DNA of 44,957 nucleotides from Minisyncoccota bacterium (GCA_036625875.1 JAZKSW010000001.1:1-44957), one strand, 5' to 3'; positions 24,772 to 35,215 are shown, counted from the stretch's first letter. Notes: generated by a model from the sequence alone, not told the origin. Numbers and translations: made by a program.

Positions 24772-24966
24772 TTAAAGTTTCTTAACGTTAGAAGCGTTAG
24801 GTCCCTTTGGACTTTCTCCCTTTTCGAAAGAAACTTCGTCTCCTTCACTCAATTCGCTAAATTCACCTTGAACTTCGCTTTCGTGAAAGAACAAGTCGTC
24901 CTCTACTTCATCGGCAGAAATAAAACCAAATCCTTTTCCTGTTAATTTCTTAATTTTTCCTTCCAT
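24772..24966 (-). CDS. cspA: Cold-shock domain protein (CspA family)
   Basis: 64 aa. GKGFGFISADE (RNP1-like) and DLFFHESEV (RNP2-like). Long (169 nt) upstream untranslated region. Confidence 0.9.
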   Translation of the reverse strand: MEGKIKKLTGKGFGFISADEVEDDLFFHESEVQGEFSELSEGDEVSFEKGESPKGPNASNVKKL

Positions 24967-25135
24967 GGTAATTTTAAAGTTAATGTGTCTAAAAAGTTAT
25001 TCTATGTAACAAAGAAAACCAACCTGTGATGTGTCTTATGCATAGCTTACCTCGCTATGACTAACAATTTTCTCCTGAATAACTACCCTAAGGATAACAT
25101 AAGACGAAAACTTTGTCCAGCCCTATTTTTAAGCT

Positions 25136-28100
25136 TTATCCATCTAATAAATCTTCTTCGAACTCTTTGATGCCTTTTATGTTATCTTCATAATCCTCGG
25201 CATCGGGAAATTCTAAATTCATTATTTTATTATAAACTGCGGGTAGTAATTTTCTGAGCCGCTCTACTCTATCTCCTTTAACAGAAAATTCTAATTGCTT
25301 TATCTCTCCATCTTCTGGTTCTAAAAATTCGATTATACCTTTGTTAACTTCATAGTCACTGAATTTCCTTGAATTTTCAACCAAGAACTTGTAAAAGATT
25401 AGTTGATTCTGATACTTCCAAGATTTAACTTTATCATACTGACTACCTTTTCCCCATTTCTCTAAAGCACTACCGGTTTTAAAGTCCCAGACTGTTACCT
25501 CTTCATCACTAAACTCCATCTTATCAATTTTTCCGGTTAAGGGAACTTCATTAACTACTACTTCTTCATTGCGAAAATTAAACTCCGACATATGAGAAAG
25601 ATCAAATGAGTCTTCTCTTTGGTCGAAGAAAACCCTTAGAGCGTCTTTTCCCCTTTGTAAATAAGTTTTAAAATCCTGCTCACTTAATCTTTCGTTATGT
25701 AAAAACTCTTCAAACCAATCCAGAATTTGATTTTTAGGAGGTAAATCTTCTTTCTTTTTAAGGTGATTGTAAGTTTGGCTTATAGTTCTATGCATTGCCG
25801 TACCAAAAGAAAGTGCCGGAGTTTTGGGTTGAGGGAATCGCAGAAGATTTTGCTCTAAGAAGGTTTGAGGGCCACCCTGTCTAACATTTAGAAAATTGTT
25901 AAAGTGAGTGACACTCATTTTGTAATTTTCCAGTACAGTTTCTAAAAGTACTTCCTCGTCCCCTTCAAAGGGTGGATGGTGATAAGATTCCCAAGAAGAC
26001 GTGATAATACCCGTTTCAACTTCCGGATCTTTCATCTCCTCCGAAACCTTATCCGGTTCTAATAATTCTTCAAGATTTGCTTCCAAATCTTTATTCTCTT
26101 CGGGCGGAGCTAAAAATTGTAATCGGTTTTTCTCTCTTCCAAAATCATCAATCTCATAAGAAGTAAGATACAAATTACGAGCAGCTCTAGTTAACGCTAC
26201 GTAGAACAAGCGTAGCTGATCGTCTTTGTTATCACCAGCGGGAGCAATCGGTAAGTTACTGGGAAAGGGTAGCTTAGAACCTCTTTTACGTCCCGCCCAC
26301 ACTTTATCCTGACAATTGAGAACAAATACCGTATCAAATTCCGAACCTTTAGCTTTATGAGCAGTCAATAAGCGAACAGCATTTTGAGCACTAGCAAAAG
26401 TACTTTGGTCGGGTAAAGTCATATCATTATCCTGGTGAGTATTAACAAAATCTAACAAATCTTCCAATCCGATTATCTCTCCTTTTTGATAGTGCCTTAA
26501 GGCTTTAATGAAGCTTCTTAAGCTGGATAAAAAAGTTAAATATTCTACCGGGTCTTCTTCAAATTTTTCAGGAGCGAAATAGTAATCTTTAAAGGGGCTG
26601 GTAAACTCTTCTTCTTTGGGCTTTTCTTCAATATCTTCGTCTTCCGATTCGGGAGCTATATGCATTTTGGCTCCCACCATTTTATCTAAAACACGTTCCA
26701 ATGGTTCATGCTGCGCCATAGTACTTAGCTCCAAGAAAAAATTTCTAATTTGTGCCAAATAACCTCCTTCCTCTTCCATGCACTCCAGCCATGGCTTTTC
26801 TTCCTTGTAAGCTTTGCGTGATAACTGCCATACCTTTTCTCGATCAAGTCCCCAAAAGGGATAACTTAAAATCTCAGGCAATAAATGATCGGCGTCTTCT
26901 TGATCGGGATTAATCAAAGAGTATACAAATCTAGCCATTTTTATTAATTGACGGATATGTGGCTCTTGTAACACATCCCTCTGCCTTTCATAATTAACGG
27001 GAATTCCAAAGTTAGCTAGATGAGGAACCAAGTTCTTAAGGTGCTTGTGCTCTCGTCCAATTACAGCTATTTTTTCGGGATCCAAACCACTTTCAATCAA
27101 ATCGTTAATTTCTTGAGCAATCCAATAATACTGATGAGACTTAGCCGGAAAACTTTTACTGGTTATATCTCCTTCTTTCTCTTTTTCAGCTTCTAATTCC
27201 TTCTCTACTTCCGAAATACTATTTTCCAAACGCTCATCTCCTTGGGTTATAATATGGCGAGCCACATCTAGGATATCCTGGCGAGATCTATAATTTTTAG
27301 TTAAAGTAATAATTCTCGGTTCCCGGTAACGTTCCTGAAACTTGAGAATATTAGAAATTTCAGCACCTTGGAATTTAAAAATAGCCTGATCATCATCCCC
27401 GACTACCATTAAATTGGGGCGTCCTTCCTGCACCTCCGCCCCGGTTAGCAAATGTAACAAACGCATCTGGGCATCATTAGTATCTTGAAATTCATCAACT
27501 AGAATGTATTGAAATTGTTCTTGCAATTCGTACCGTAATTCGTCATTCTCTTCAATAGCTTTAATAACATCAAGGATCATATCGTCAAAATCGTAATAGC
27601 CTCTTTGTTCCATTTCTTGATTATAAGTTTTATAAACCGAAGCTAATGCTTTCATTTTCTCTAAGTATTTAGTTTCTTTCATCGCTCTGTCTCCATCTTT
27701 CGTTTTATAAGTCCAATTATTCTTCCACTCCGTAAGAGGAGATGTTTTATCTCTGCTCACTGCTTTATTCAAAGCCCTTTCTAAAGAACCTGCTACCACG
27801 GGAACCAAGGGCTTCATATGATCTACGGGGAACTCATCAACCTCGTGTTTCTTCATTTTTTCTACTATTGGCGGTAACTCATCAAATAAATCCTTACTGA
27901 TTCGTGATCCAAAAGCTTCGTCGATGAGAGGATTTAAAAACTTTAGCGATTGCTCGTTGTGATTAAGTATTTTTAAAAACTCTTTAGGGGTAAGTCCCGC
28001 TTTCTTTAAATGCTCAATAGATCGTTTAGCCTCCGTAATATATAAATAACCTCGGTCGGGATGTGTTTTGGCAAGAGGGTTGTTATAAGAAAGCTGATTA

Positions 28101-28483
28101 AAGATATCCTCAAGTATATCTAATTGAGTTAACTCGTCAGCTGAAGTAAAAATATCTCTTCGGTAAAAAATTTCAGGATGGTAATTACGAATATCGCGCC
28201 CCAAACTATGAAAAGTATGAATAGCAACATTGTAAGCCTCGGGTCCAATTAACCCCTTAAGGCGTTCCCTCATATTCACTGCAGCCGAGTCGGTAAAAGT
28301 TAAGCATAAAATATTACTCGGGTAAACGTCTACTTCTTTTAAAATATTAGCTACTCGTAGACCTAAAATTTCCGTTTTACCGGAGCCGGGGCCGGCTATA
28401 ACTAAAACAGGACCCTCAATAGCATCAACGGCTTTCTTTTGTTCTTCATTTAATTTTTGGTAACGCTGTTCGAACTCTTCCAT
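25136..28483 (-). CDS. UvrD-family helicase fused to a C-terminal PD-(D/E)XK (RecB-like) nuclease domain
   Basis: 1115 aa. AGPGSGKTEIL, VDEFQDTND, AHKAKGSEF, YVALTRAA. C-terminal LTGKIDKMEF...VTVWDFKTG...YQNQLIFY. Confidence 0.85.
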   Translation of the reverse strand: MEEFEQRYQKLNEEQKKAVDAIEGPVLVIAGPGSGKTEILGLRVANILKEVDVYPSNILCLTFTDSAAVNMRERLKGLIGPEAYNVAIHTFHSLGRDIRNYHPEIFYRRDIFTSADELTQLDILEDIFNQLSYNNPLAKTHPDRGYLYITEAKRSIEHLKKAGLTPKEFLKILNHNEQSLKFLNPLIDEAFGSRISKDLFDELPPIVEKMKKHEVDEFPVDHMKPLVPVVAGSLERALNKAVSRDKTSPLTEWKNNWTYKTKDGDRAMKETKYLEKMKALASVYKTYNQEMEQRGYYDFDDMILDVIKAIEENDELRYELQEQFQYILVDEFQDTNDAQMRLLHLLTGAEVQEGRPNLMVVGDDDQAIFKFQGAEISNILKFQERYREPRIITLTKNYRSRQDILDVARHIITQGDERLENSISEVEKELEAEKEKEGDITSKSFPAKSHQYYWIAQEINDLIESGLDPEKIAVIGREHKHLKNLVPHLANFGIPVNYERQRDVLQEPHIRQLIKMARFVYSLINPDQEDADHLLPEILSYPFWGLDREKVWQLSRKAYKEEKPWLECMEEEGGYLAQIRNFFLELSTMAQHEPLERVLDKMVGAKMHIAPESEDEDIEEKPKEEEFTSPFKDYYFAPEKFEEDPVEYLTFLSSLRSFIKALRHYQKGEIIGLEDLLDFVNTHQDNDMTLPDQSTFASAQNAVRLLTAHKAKGSEFDTVFVLNCQDKVWAGRKRGSKLPFPSNLPIAPAGDNKDDQLRLFYVALTRAARNLYLTSYEIDDFGREKNRLQFLAPPEENKDLEANLEELLEPDKVSEEMKDPEVETGIITSSWESYHHPPFEGDEEVLLETVLENYKMSVTHFNNFLNVRQGGPQTFLEQNLLRFPQPKTPALSFGTAMHRTISQTYNHLKKKEDLPPKNQILDWFEEFLHNERLSEQDFKTYLQRGKDALRVFFDQREDSFDLSHMSEFNFRNEEVVVNEVPLTGKIDKMEFSDEEVTVWDFKTGSALEKWGKGSQYDKVKSWKYQNQLIFYKFLVENSRKFSDYEVNKGIIEFLEPEDGEIKQLEFSVKGDRVERLRKLLPAVYNKIMNLEFPDAEDYEDNIKGIKEFEEDLLDG

Positions 28484-28492
28484 GCTATAATA

Positions 28493-28786
28493 CTATAAAC
28501 TTTTAATTTTACTTTTGATTCTCTCTGCTTCCTGCTCTACTCTTTTACTATCATACTCACCACTGTGAGCATTACTCCCTTCATAAGAACTTCTCTTTTG
28601 ATCTAGATGTAATTTAAACTTCAACATATCATCCTCTTCTTCGATAAAAAGATGAAAACGGGGAAAGCTTCTATTATCAAGGGGTTTAACACAATTAAAA
28701 TCCTCACCTTTTTTATGAATTTTATAGTTTAAACTTCTACACAAATTAACCTTATTGATCTCTTTCTTTTCTATCTCAAACTTCAT
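28493..28786 (-). CDS. Small hypothetical protein, tightly linked upstream of the helicase-nuclease
   Basis: 97 aa. 9-nt gap to the helicase ATG and 2-nt gap to the antiporter stop. Confidence 0.55.
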   Translation of the reverse strand: MKFEIEKKEINKVNLCRSLNYKIHKKGEDFNCVKPLDNRSFPRFHLFIEEEDDMLKFKLHLDQKRSSYEGSNAHSGEYDSKRVEQEAERIKSKIKSL

Positions 28787-28788
28787 TG

Positions 28789-30510
28789 TTAAGAAAGTAA
28801 ACCACCTTCATGCTGATAATCAAAATTCTCCTCGTTTAATTTCTCCAAACGCTCCAAGTGATTTTCTCTGAGTTCTTTCAACCTTTCTTTGTCAAAACCA
28901 ACTTCTTGAATGAGGCTGGTAGCATGTTTAGCTACTAATAAATGAGGCAAGAAAACATAACTAGCACCCACTTCATACAAGCTAATAGTATCTTCTAAAT
29001 GATAAGAAGCAGCTAAAACTACAGCATCTTCGTTTCGCTCTCTGGTTTCACTAATTACCAAGGAATTAGCTTCGAAGTCGGGTGTAGTAGTAATAATCAT
29101 CTCCGCTCCTTCTAAATCTAAGGAGTCAAGTAGCTCTGGATCCTTAGCGTCTCCATACTGTGCATTAAAGCCTCTTTTGGAAAGACTTTCCACTACTTCG
29201 GGGTTATAATCTATTATCAACAACTCATCTGAAATCTCTTGCAAAATATCAAGTAAATTATGTCCTATTCGGTCACACCCAAAAAGAATTATATCATAGG
29301 CTTGATCTAACTCCACTAGCTCGGCATCTATTTTGTCAGCCTTTCTTTCGAAAAAAGAAAGAGAGGGAGAAAGCTTACCATATATTTTATGAGAATGTAT
29401 CATTAAGTAAGTAGATACGGAAATTGTAATTAAACCTACTCCCGTTACCAGAGACAAAGCTTCAGTTTGTATATGTCCTAAAGACACCCCCATTGCCATT
29501 AAAATCAGAGAGAATTCGCTAATTTGTGCTCCTGTTAAGCCGGACAAAAAGCCGGTCCTTTTAGAATAATGTAGTCCTTTCATAAGGAGCATGATGATGA
29601 GAGGATTTCCTATCAGCACAAACAGAGATAAAAGCAATATAGCGGGCCAAAGTCCAGCTATATTAGCAAACATCATTTGGGTACCGATCCACACGAAAAA
29701 GAACAACAAAAAGAAATCACGAAGCGGTTTCATTCTTGCTTTAATTTCTTCCGAAAAAGGAAATGCTGCTAAGGTAACACCAGCTAACAATGCTCCCACC
29801 TCAATAGGAATACTGAAGAAATTGACAATCAAAGCCATTAATAAGACCCAACCCACTGCGAATAAGAACAGCAACTCTTGAGCCCGAGCCATTTTCTCGG
29901 ATAAGGGTGAAAGAATAAAAGCTCCGAAAGGTATACTAATAGCGAGCAAGGAAAAAGCTAAAAAGATTTTATTCCATTGTAATTGTAAAGATTGCCCTCC
30001 GGCCAATAAAGGAATAACCATTAACAACAAAGCTGCTACTATATCCTGTACTACTAAAAAGCCCACCATGATTCTACCATGCAGGGTATTCATTTCCTTT
30101 TTATCCGATAACAATTTAACAATGATAATGGTACTGGAAAAGGTCAGAGCTCCGGCAATATACAAAGCGGAAACCATTTCAAATCCTAGCCAGCGAGCTA
30201 TCAAAAATCCTATTCCGGAAGTAAATATTATTTGCCCTAAACCGGTAAGTAAAGAAACTGGGCCTACTTTTTTGATTTTAGAGGGTTCTAAACTTAAACC
30301 TACTACGAACAATAAAAAAGTAATACCAAACTTGGAAAAAGTAGCAATAGCCTGCTCGGATCCGGCTATATTCAAAAAATAAGGACCCACTAGAATTCCG
30401 GTTAAAATATAACCAATAACCAGCGGCTGCTTTAATATTCTCATTATCACCGAAATCACAACCGCGATTACAATAATAAGACTTAATTGAATAAAAAGAC
30501 TCTCTAACAT
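28789..30510 (-). CDS. Kef-type (CPA2) cation:proton antiporter with C-terminal TrkA-N/RCK domain
   Basis: 573 aa. About 12 TM plus a Rossmann-like segment ILFGCDRIGHNLL. Confidence 0.85.
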   Translation of the reverse strand: MLESLFIQLSLIIVIAVVISVIMRILKQPLVIGYILTGILVGPYFLNIAGSEQAIATFSKFGITFLLFVVGLSLEPSKIKKVGPVSLLTGLGQIIFTSGIGFLIARWLGFEMVSALYIAGALTFSSTIIIVKLLSDKKEMNTLHGRIMVGFLVVQDIVAALLLMVIPLLAGGQSLQLQWNKIFLAFSLLAISIPFGAFILSPLSEKMARAQELLFLFAVGWVLLMALIVNFFSIPIEVGALLAGVTLAAFPFSEEIKARMKPLRDFFLLFFFVWIGTQMMFANIAGLWPAILLLSLFVLIGNPLIIMLLMKGLHYSKRTGFLSGLTGAQISEFSLILMAMGVSLGHIQTEALSLVTGVGLITISVSTYLMIHSHKIYGKLSPSLSFFERKADKIDAELVELDQAYDIILFGCDRIGHNLLDILQEISDELLIIDYNPEVVESLSKRGFNAQYGDAKDPELLDSLDLEGAEMIITTTPDFEANSLVISETRERNEDAVVLAASYHLEDTISLYEVGASYVFLPHLLVAKHATSLIQEVGFDKERLKELRENHLERLEKLNEENFDYQHEGGLLS

Positions 30511-30579
30511 ATTTTAGAAGTTAATTTCTCTTATTTTATTCTACCAAGAAAAGCAATTTTTCTAAAGCAAAACAAAGTA

Positions 30580-31299
30580 TTAATTCTTAATAGTTTCAGC
30601 TGTCATCCGGGCTTTCTTAATTTCTTCTTCGCTTAGATTGGGACCACCCGCCTTAGTGGACATTAGTCCGGTAGTGGTATGTTCCAAACCTAATACATGC
30701 CCTATTTCATGAGCAAATACCAAAAAGTCATGAGAAGAAGTATAATCCGCTACCAAAATATTATTAGCTCCCATGTAAGCCAAACCACTGGGGCCCTCTA
30801 AATTGCCAACGAAAAACGTATTAATTACTTGCGGGTTAAAATCCTCCAATTTATCGGTATGTTCATAAGGAGATTTAGCAAAGTCTTTCAGTTGATCTTC
30901 CCCCATTGAGACAGTCCTTACCTCTACAAGATTCAATTTAATATCCGCCTGGTTCCATATTTTATTGGTTTCCTGCACCAACTTCACAATATCCTCTTTG
31001 GTGCGACTTGAACCTTTCGTACCTTTTTCCGATTTCATGATATAAGTCGTTATCGGTAGTTCTATTTCCTCTGCTTGTAACACACTTTCTATCTTCTGGG
31101 CTTCAATATTATCAGGTGTTTTTCTATAAAAGAAAAATTCCCTAAAACCTGAAAGATAAATAAGACCCGCTATAACAGCTAAACCGATTACAATCTGCAA
31201 AGTTCGTAACAACACCCTTTGCCACAACGGTCTTGGTTCGGGTTCTACATCTATTTCGTCAATATCATCAATTTTTTTGTAAGGATCTTCGTATTCCAT
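30580..31299 (-). CDS. Membrane-anchored metzincin-type zinc metalloprotease
   Basis: HEIGHVLGLEH followed by a Met-turn candidate (GLMS). Single N-terminal TM. Confidence 0.8.
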   Translation of the reverse strand: MEYEDPYKKIDDIDEIDVEPEPRPLWQRVLLRTLQIVIGLAVIAGLIYLSGFREFFFYRKTPDNIEAQKIESVLQAEEIELPITTYIMKSEKGTKGSSRTKEDIVKLVQETNKIWNQADIKLNLVEVRTVSMGEDQLKDFAKSPYEHTDKLEDFNPQVINTFFVGNLEGPSGLAYMGANNILVADYTSSHDFLVFAHEIGHVLGLEHTTTGLMSTKAGGPNLSEEEIKKARMTAETIKN

Positions 31300-31304
31300 T
31301 TGTT

Positions 31305-31343
31305 TTAAAAAGAAAAGCCCCGGTAAAAAAACAAACGGGACTT
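31305..31343 (-). terminator. Rho-independent terminator after 31364..31801
   Basis: Minus strand aagtcccg / cggggctt (8 bp including one G-U), followed by TTCTTTTT. Confidence 0.6.
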
Positions 31344-31363
31344 TTCTTGCTTAAAATTAAACA

Positions 31364-31801
31364 TTAAGCAGCCTCTTTAATTTCGGTTTCTCGTTTGATA
31401 ACTTTCCAATGGTAAACAAAAAGAGGTAATCCTACTATGAGTAATGCCAGACTGTTAGCGGCTTTTTCTTGTCTTTGAGACTTCAGCCTTTCATTCGATT
31501 CCTGTTTTTGCTTCCACTGCTGGTGGTCTTCCGACCAAGCTGCTAAAAAGTCTCTTTGTTCTTGTGAGATTTCTTTGTCGTTTTTACAATTCTCTACCAA
31601 CTTTTCAATATCTACTTCACTTCCGGGTTTTAATTGCGGCCCGGGAACTGCATAAAATTGCTGATCAGCCTTGGTAAAAACATAAGTTTTAAGACCCAAA
31701 TCAACCAACCTTACGGTACCAATGGTAATCAGGGCTAATCCCAACAAGGCGAATAAATAAAGGTAAATTGTTCTTACCAGGCTGTGTTTGTTGTCAAACA
31801 T
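31364..31801 (-). CDS. Hypothetical 2-TM membrane protein
   Basis: 145-aa ORF with TM segments at both ends. Confidence 0.6.
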   Translation of the reverse strand: MFDNKHSLVRTIYLYLFALLGLALITIGTVRLVDLGLKTYVFTKADQQFYAVPGPQLKPGSEVDIEKLVENCKNDKEISQEQRDFLAAWSEDHQQWKQKQESNERLKSQRQEKAANSLALLIVGLPLFVYHWKVIKRETEIKEAA

Positions 31802-31838
31802 TTTATTGTACTTAATTGCTACTTACTTTAGTTTACAC

Positions 31839-32219
31839 TTATTCTTCAAATTTCTCAAGAGCTTTTTGAAACATTTTTCTGTGCTCCTTTTCTCTTTCCA
31901 TTGCTACCCTGAAAGATTTAGCCGCCTCTTCTCTACCTTCCTCTTTAGCCTGTTCTATGAAGTTGGGATACATTTCTTCAATTTCATAGTCTTCTCCTTG
32001 CGCTGCTTCTTTTAAATTTTCTTCCGTATCTCCCATTTCATCCATCACCTTAAAATGACTAAGTGCATGAGTGGTTTCAGCACCGGCTGCTTCCATAAAC
32101 AACTGAGCGATTTCCGGCTTTTCTTCTTTCATAGCCTGATTAGCAAACGCTAAATATTTGCGATTAGCCTTTGATTCGCCAGCAAATGCTTTTTTCAGAT
32201 TTTTATCTGTTTTTGACAT
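31839..32219 (-). CDS. Rubrerythrin-family diiron protein (ferritin-like domain only, no rubredoxin domain)
   Basis: AFAGESKANRKYLAFA, EAAGAETTH, MEREKEH (ExxH pairs). Confidence 0.8.
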   Translation of the reverse strand: MSKTDKNLKKAFAGESKANRKYLAFANQAMKEEKPEIAQLFMEAAGAETTHALSHFKVMDEMGDTEENLKEAAQGEDYEIEEMYPNFIEQAKEEGREEAAKSFRVAMEREKEHRKMFQKALEKFEE

Positions 32220-32237
32220 AATTTAACACTTAATTAA

Positions 32238-32690
32238 TTAATGCTTAGGACCTTTAATCGGAAATTCTTTTACCTTTTTAATCACGATCTTTTTGTGTAA
32301 ACTGTCTAACCTTTCGTCTAAAACGGGATAAAGCTTACTATCCTCTTCTTTTTCATGTTTAAGAAGAAGATCTTTTAACTCCGAGACGTCAAAATCATCC
32401 TCCAATATTAATTCATTTTCCAAATCATTTAATTTTTCTAAAATCTCATCGTGAGTCTTTACCATATCGGCTGCTATATCCGTTACTTTATCTTCTCCTA
32501 TGTAACACTTTTGGCAAAAGCTAAAGATGGCTTTTTCTTCTAAAAAGATGTGTTTCTGTAGCTCCCATTTGAACCTTTCAAAAACTTCAACTACTTTTTC
32601 CCGTTCACCACCTACTTCATTCTCAAACCCTTCGAATAAAGCGTCGATAATCTTATGGTGGTCTTCCATGTGTTTTGAAATTTTTTCCAT
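32238..32690 (-). CDS. Hemerythrin HHE cation-binding domain protein
   Basis: MEDHHKIIDALF, KHIFLEEKAIF, VKTHDEILE, LKHEKEEDSKLYP spaced as in HHE domains. Confidence 0.65.
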   Translation of the reverse strand: MEKISKHMEDHHKIIDALFEGFENEVGGEREKVVEVFERFKWELQKHIFLEEKAIFSFCQKCYIGEDKVTDIAADMVKTHDEILEKLNDLENELILEDDFDVSELKDLLLKHEKEEDSKLYPVLDERLDSLHKKIVIKKVKEFPIKGPKH

Positions 32691-32704
32691 AATAAATTAT
32701 AAGT

Positions 32705-33289
32705 TTATAATCTTTGAGCAACTATTTCCCAATCAATGAGATTCCAAACTGCTTCCAAAAAATCTCCTCTATTGTTGGCATAATCAAGATAATAAGCATG
32801 CTCCCAAACATCTACTACTAATAAAAACTTAACCTCAGGGTAATAAACAAGGTTATGCTTCTCAATTTGATCGAGCAAAAGTTTATCTGCTTCGGGTTCG
32901 TAAACCAAAGCAGCCCAACCGGATCCTTCTACTGAACTAGCAGCTTGAATGAATTCTTTTTTAAATCTTTCCAAGCTTCCGAAGTCTTCTTTTATTTTTT
33001 CAGCTAATTCACCTTCTGGTTTTTCTTTAGAGTCGGGACTTAAATTTTCCCAGAACAAAGAGTGCAATTTATGACCGGCTACAGCAAAACTCAAGAACTT
33101 CAATTTAGACTTAAGGTTCACTTCTTCTCCCGATTCTCTTGCTTCTTCCAGTTCTTTTAAAGTATTGTTAGCCTTATCAACATAGCCTTGATGGTGAACA
33201 TCATGGTGAATTCTCAATTGCTCTTCGGAAATATGAGGTTGCAAAGCGTCATAGTCATAAGTAAGTTCCGGTAAATTGTAAGTAGACAT
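32705..33289 (-). CDS. Fe/Mn superoxide dismutase
   Basis: HHDVHHQGYV, DVWEHAYYLDY. Confidence 0.9.
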   Translation of the reverse strand: MSTYNLPELTYDYDALQPHISEEQLRIHHDVHHQGYVDKANNTLKELEEARESGEEVNLKSKLKFLSFAVAGHKLHSLFWENLSPDSKEKPEGELAEKIKEDFGSLERFKKEFIQAASSVEGSGWAALVYEPEADKLLLDQIEKHNLVYYPEVKFLLVVDVWEHAYYLDYANNRGDFLEAVWNLIDWEIVAQRL

Positions 33290-33336
33290 AAAATTAAACC
33301 AAAATTTAACTTGAAACGACCTTTAGGATTAATAAA

Positions 33337-33723
33337 TTAATTATCCTTGCAGTCTTCACAAATACCATAAAAGTAAACTTGGCAAGTTTCTACTTCCCCT
33401 ACTTGAACTTTTTCTATTAAATCTTCGCAGTTCAAAGAAATATCATACACTTCCTCACATTCTTTACAAATAAAATGCCCATGGGAAGAATTGTTCCAAT
33501 CATATCGAACTTCTTCGCCGGCTATTTTTTGAATCTTACCCTCCTCTACTAACTCTTTCAGGTTACGGTAAACGGTTCCCAAACTTATTCGCGGCAGATC
33601 CTCTTCCACCGCAGTATGAACTTCCTTAGCCGTAGGATGACAATCTGCTTTCTTCAGATAATTTAAAATTACCTGTCGTTGGGGAGTAATCCTTTTTCTG
33701 TTGCTATTTTTATTAGTAACCAT
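33337..33723 (-). CDS. Fur-family regulator (PerR-like by context)
   Basis: TPQRQVILNYL, wHTH LGTVYRNL, HGHFICKECEEVYDI, CEDCK. Confidence 0.85.
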   Translation of the reverse strand: MVTNKNSNRKRITPQRQVILNYLKKADCHPTAKEVHTAVEEDLPRISLGTVYRNLKELVEEGKIQKIAGEEVRYDWNNSSHGHFICKECEEVYDISLNCEDLIEKVQVGEVETCQVYFYGICEDCKDN

Positions 33724-33733
33724 TATTAATTAT

Positions 33734-33761
33734 ATTTTATTACTAATAATAAATATGTCAA
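33734..33761 (-). promoter_or_regulatory. Promoter of the Fur-family gene with an embedded 6-1-6 palindrome (candidate Fur/PerR box), leaderless geometry
   Basis: Minus strand TTGACA-16 nt-TAAAAT-10 nt-ATG. The palindrome TTATTA-C/G-TAATAA at 33737-33749 overlaps the -10 and spacer. Confidence 0.45.
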
Positions 33762-33780
33762 ATCTCAAAAGTGTGGATAA

Positions 33781-33810
33781 CTAAAAGTACCCTCTTAATA
33801 GGAGGGCACT
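33781..33810 (-). terminator. Rho-independent terminator after the Gmad2-domain gene
   Basis: Minus strand agtgccctc / gagggtact (one G-U that works only on the minus-strand RNA), followed by TTTTAG. Confidence 0.7.
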
Positions 33811-33850
33811 TTATCATATTAATCGCAGAACTTTCTATTACTTACTTCTG

Positions 33851-35128
33851 TTATTTAAACTTCACCGGAATTTCTCTTTGATCGACATTTTCCGGTAAGC
33901 CAGAAGGATTAGCTTTTTCCAAAATCAAGGTACCGGTAGCTGTTTGCGGTGTTTCAAAACTAAGTTCTACTTCAAAAGGCACAAAATCTTCGGTCATCCA
34001 ATCTCCCTGAGCCTGTATACTTTTTCTTGCTAAACTATTACCTCCAGCGTCTTTTAATTCTACAGGAAAGCTCCCTTCAAAATACCAAGAGCCGTGGGCT
34101 TCCCCTTTTACTGCAAGCGGACTGCTTATCATCTGGTTTGATTGAGGTGCCTCTACCCTAATTTCCCGTTGCTCGGTAGCCCTCAACTTAAAAGTGGAAA
34201 GCATATAATTAAACGTTTGCTTATAATCAAAGTCACTTTCAATGTCTTCGGTACTTGCCGAAGGAACTTCACTCTGAATTCTGTAAAATCCTTCATCTTC
34301 TACAAAGTAATTGGTAATCAGTTTGGTCACTCCCAAGGGCTTATAATTTTTAATAAGAGTAGCATCGTAATCTTCCAACCCCACTTTGGCGTCCTCCATT
34401 GTTTCTCCCCCTTGAAGAGATTCATACCAATCTCGTAAGGAACTTATCTCAGAACCACCGGGTAAATCTTCATAACTTTTGTAATAAATTACCTTAAGCC
34501 CGGTTTTAAGCGTACCTTCTTTTTCTTCACCAAACAACACTTCGTTAGCTTGTTTCTTAACCTGCCATTGCTCGGGATGTCGTATTTGAAAGTCATACTC
34601 TTCATTTCTGTAAATTTCCCATTCCGCTAAATCATTGGTTTTATCAAAGTTCGACCAATCAATAGGATCTATACCTGCTTTCTCTTCTCCAGCGACCACC
34701 TTTACCACTAGAGGTTTATGAGAATCACACTCTATCTTCGGTTCACAGTTAACGTGCTCCGAGTAATAAGCTTGATAGTTGCTACCAGTATCTTCTCTTA
34801 TTGATTCCACAAAATAACTACCGACCGGTAGTTTTAGCTGATACCCTACTCCGTACTTGTACTTCTCGTCTTGTAAACGTTCTTCAGTACAGTACCGTTC
34901 ACCGGTAGCTACATTCTCAGCACAGACTTTAACATCTTCGGGAATTTGCTCGCTGGGATAACTCATTGAGCCCTGAATCAACCCTTTAGTGGTAGTAGAA
35001 ACAGGAGAAGAATCTTCCGGCACAGATACCTGCTCTACATTTTTATAGCGATAAACGGCAATACCGGCTATCACAGCAATTAAAATAACAATTAAAATAT
35101 ATTTCCAATTTAATTTTTCATTAAACAT
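33851..35128 (-). CDS. Anchored extracellular protein with C-terminal Gmad2 Ig-like domain
   Basis: N-terminal TM. C-terminal ISSPLAVKGEAHGSWYFEGSFPVELKDAGGN...GDWMTEDFVPFEVEL. Confidence 0.7.
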   Translation of the reverse strand: MFNEKLNWKYILIVILIAVIAGIAVYRYKNVEQVSVPEDSSPVSTTTKGLIQGSMSYPSEQIPEDVKVCAENVATGERYCTEERLQDEKYKYGVGYQLKLPVGSYFVESIREDTGSNYQAYYSEHVNCEPKIECDSHKPLVVKVVAGEEKAGIDPIDWSNFDKTNDLAEWEIYRNEEYDFQIRHPEQWQVKKQANEVLFGEEKEGTLKTGLKVIYYKSYEDLPGGSEISSLRDWYESLQGGETMEDAKVGLEDYDATLIKNYKPLGVTKLITNYFVEDEGFYRIQSEVPSASTEDIESDFDYKQTFNYMLSTFKLRATEQREIRVEAPQSNQMISSPLAVKGEAHGSWYFEGSFPVELKDAGGNSLARKSIQAQGDWMTEDFVPFEVELSFETPQTATGTLILEKANPSGLPENVDQREIPVKFK

Positions 35129-35215
35129 ATTAATTAAATTTTAATGTTTATTATTTTTAGTCTAACGTGAATTCAGTAACAAATCAAAGTTCTTTATTAT
35201 TTTGTACTTCTAAAA

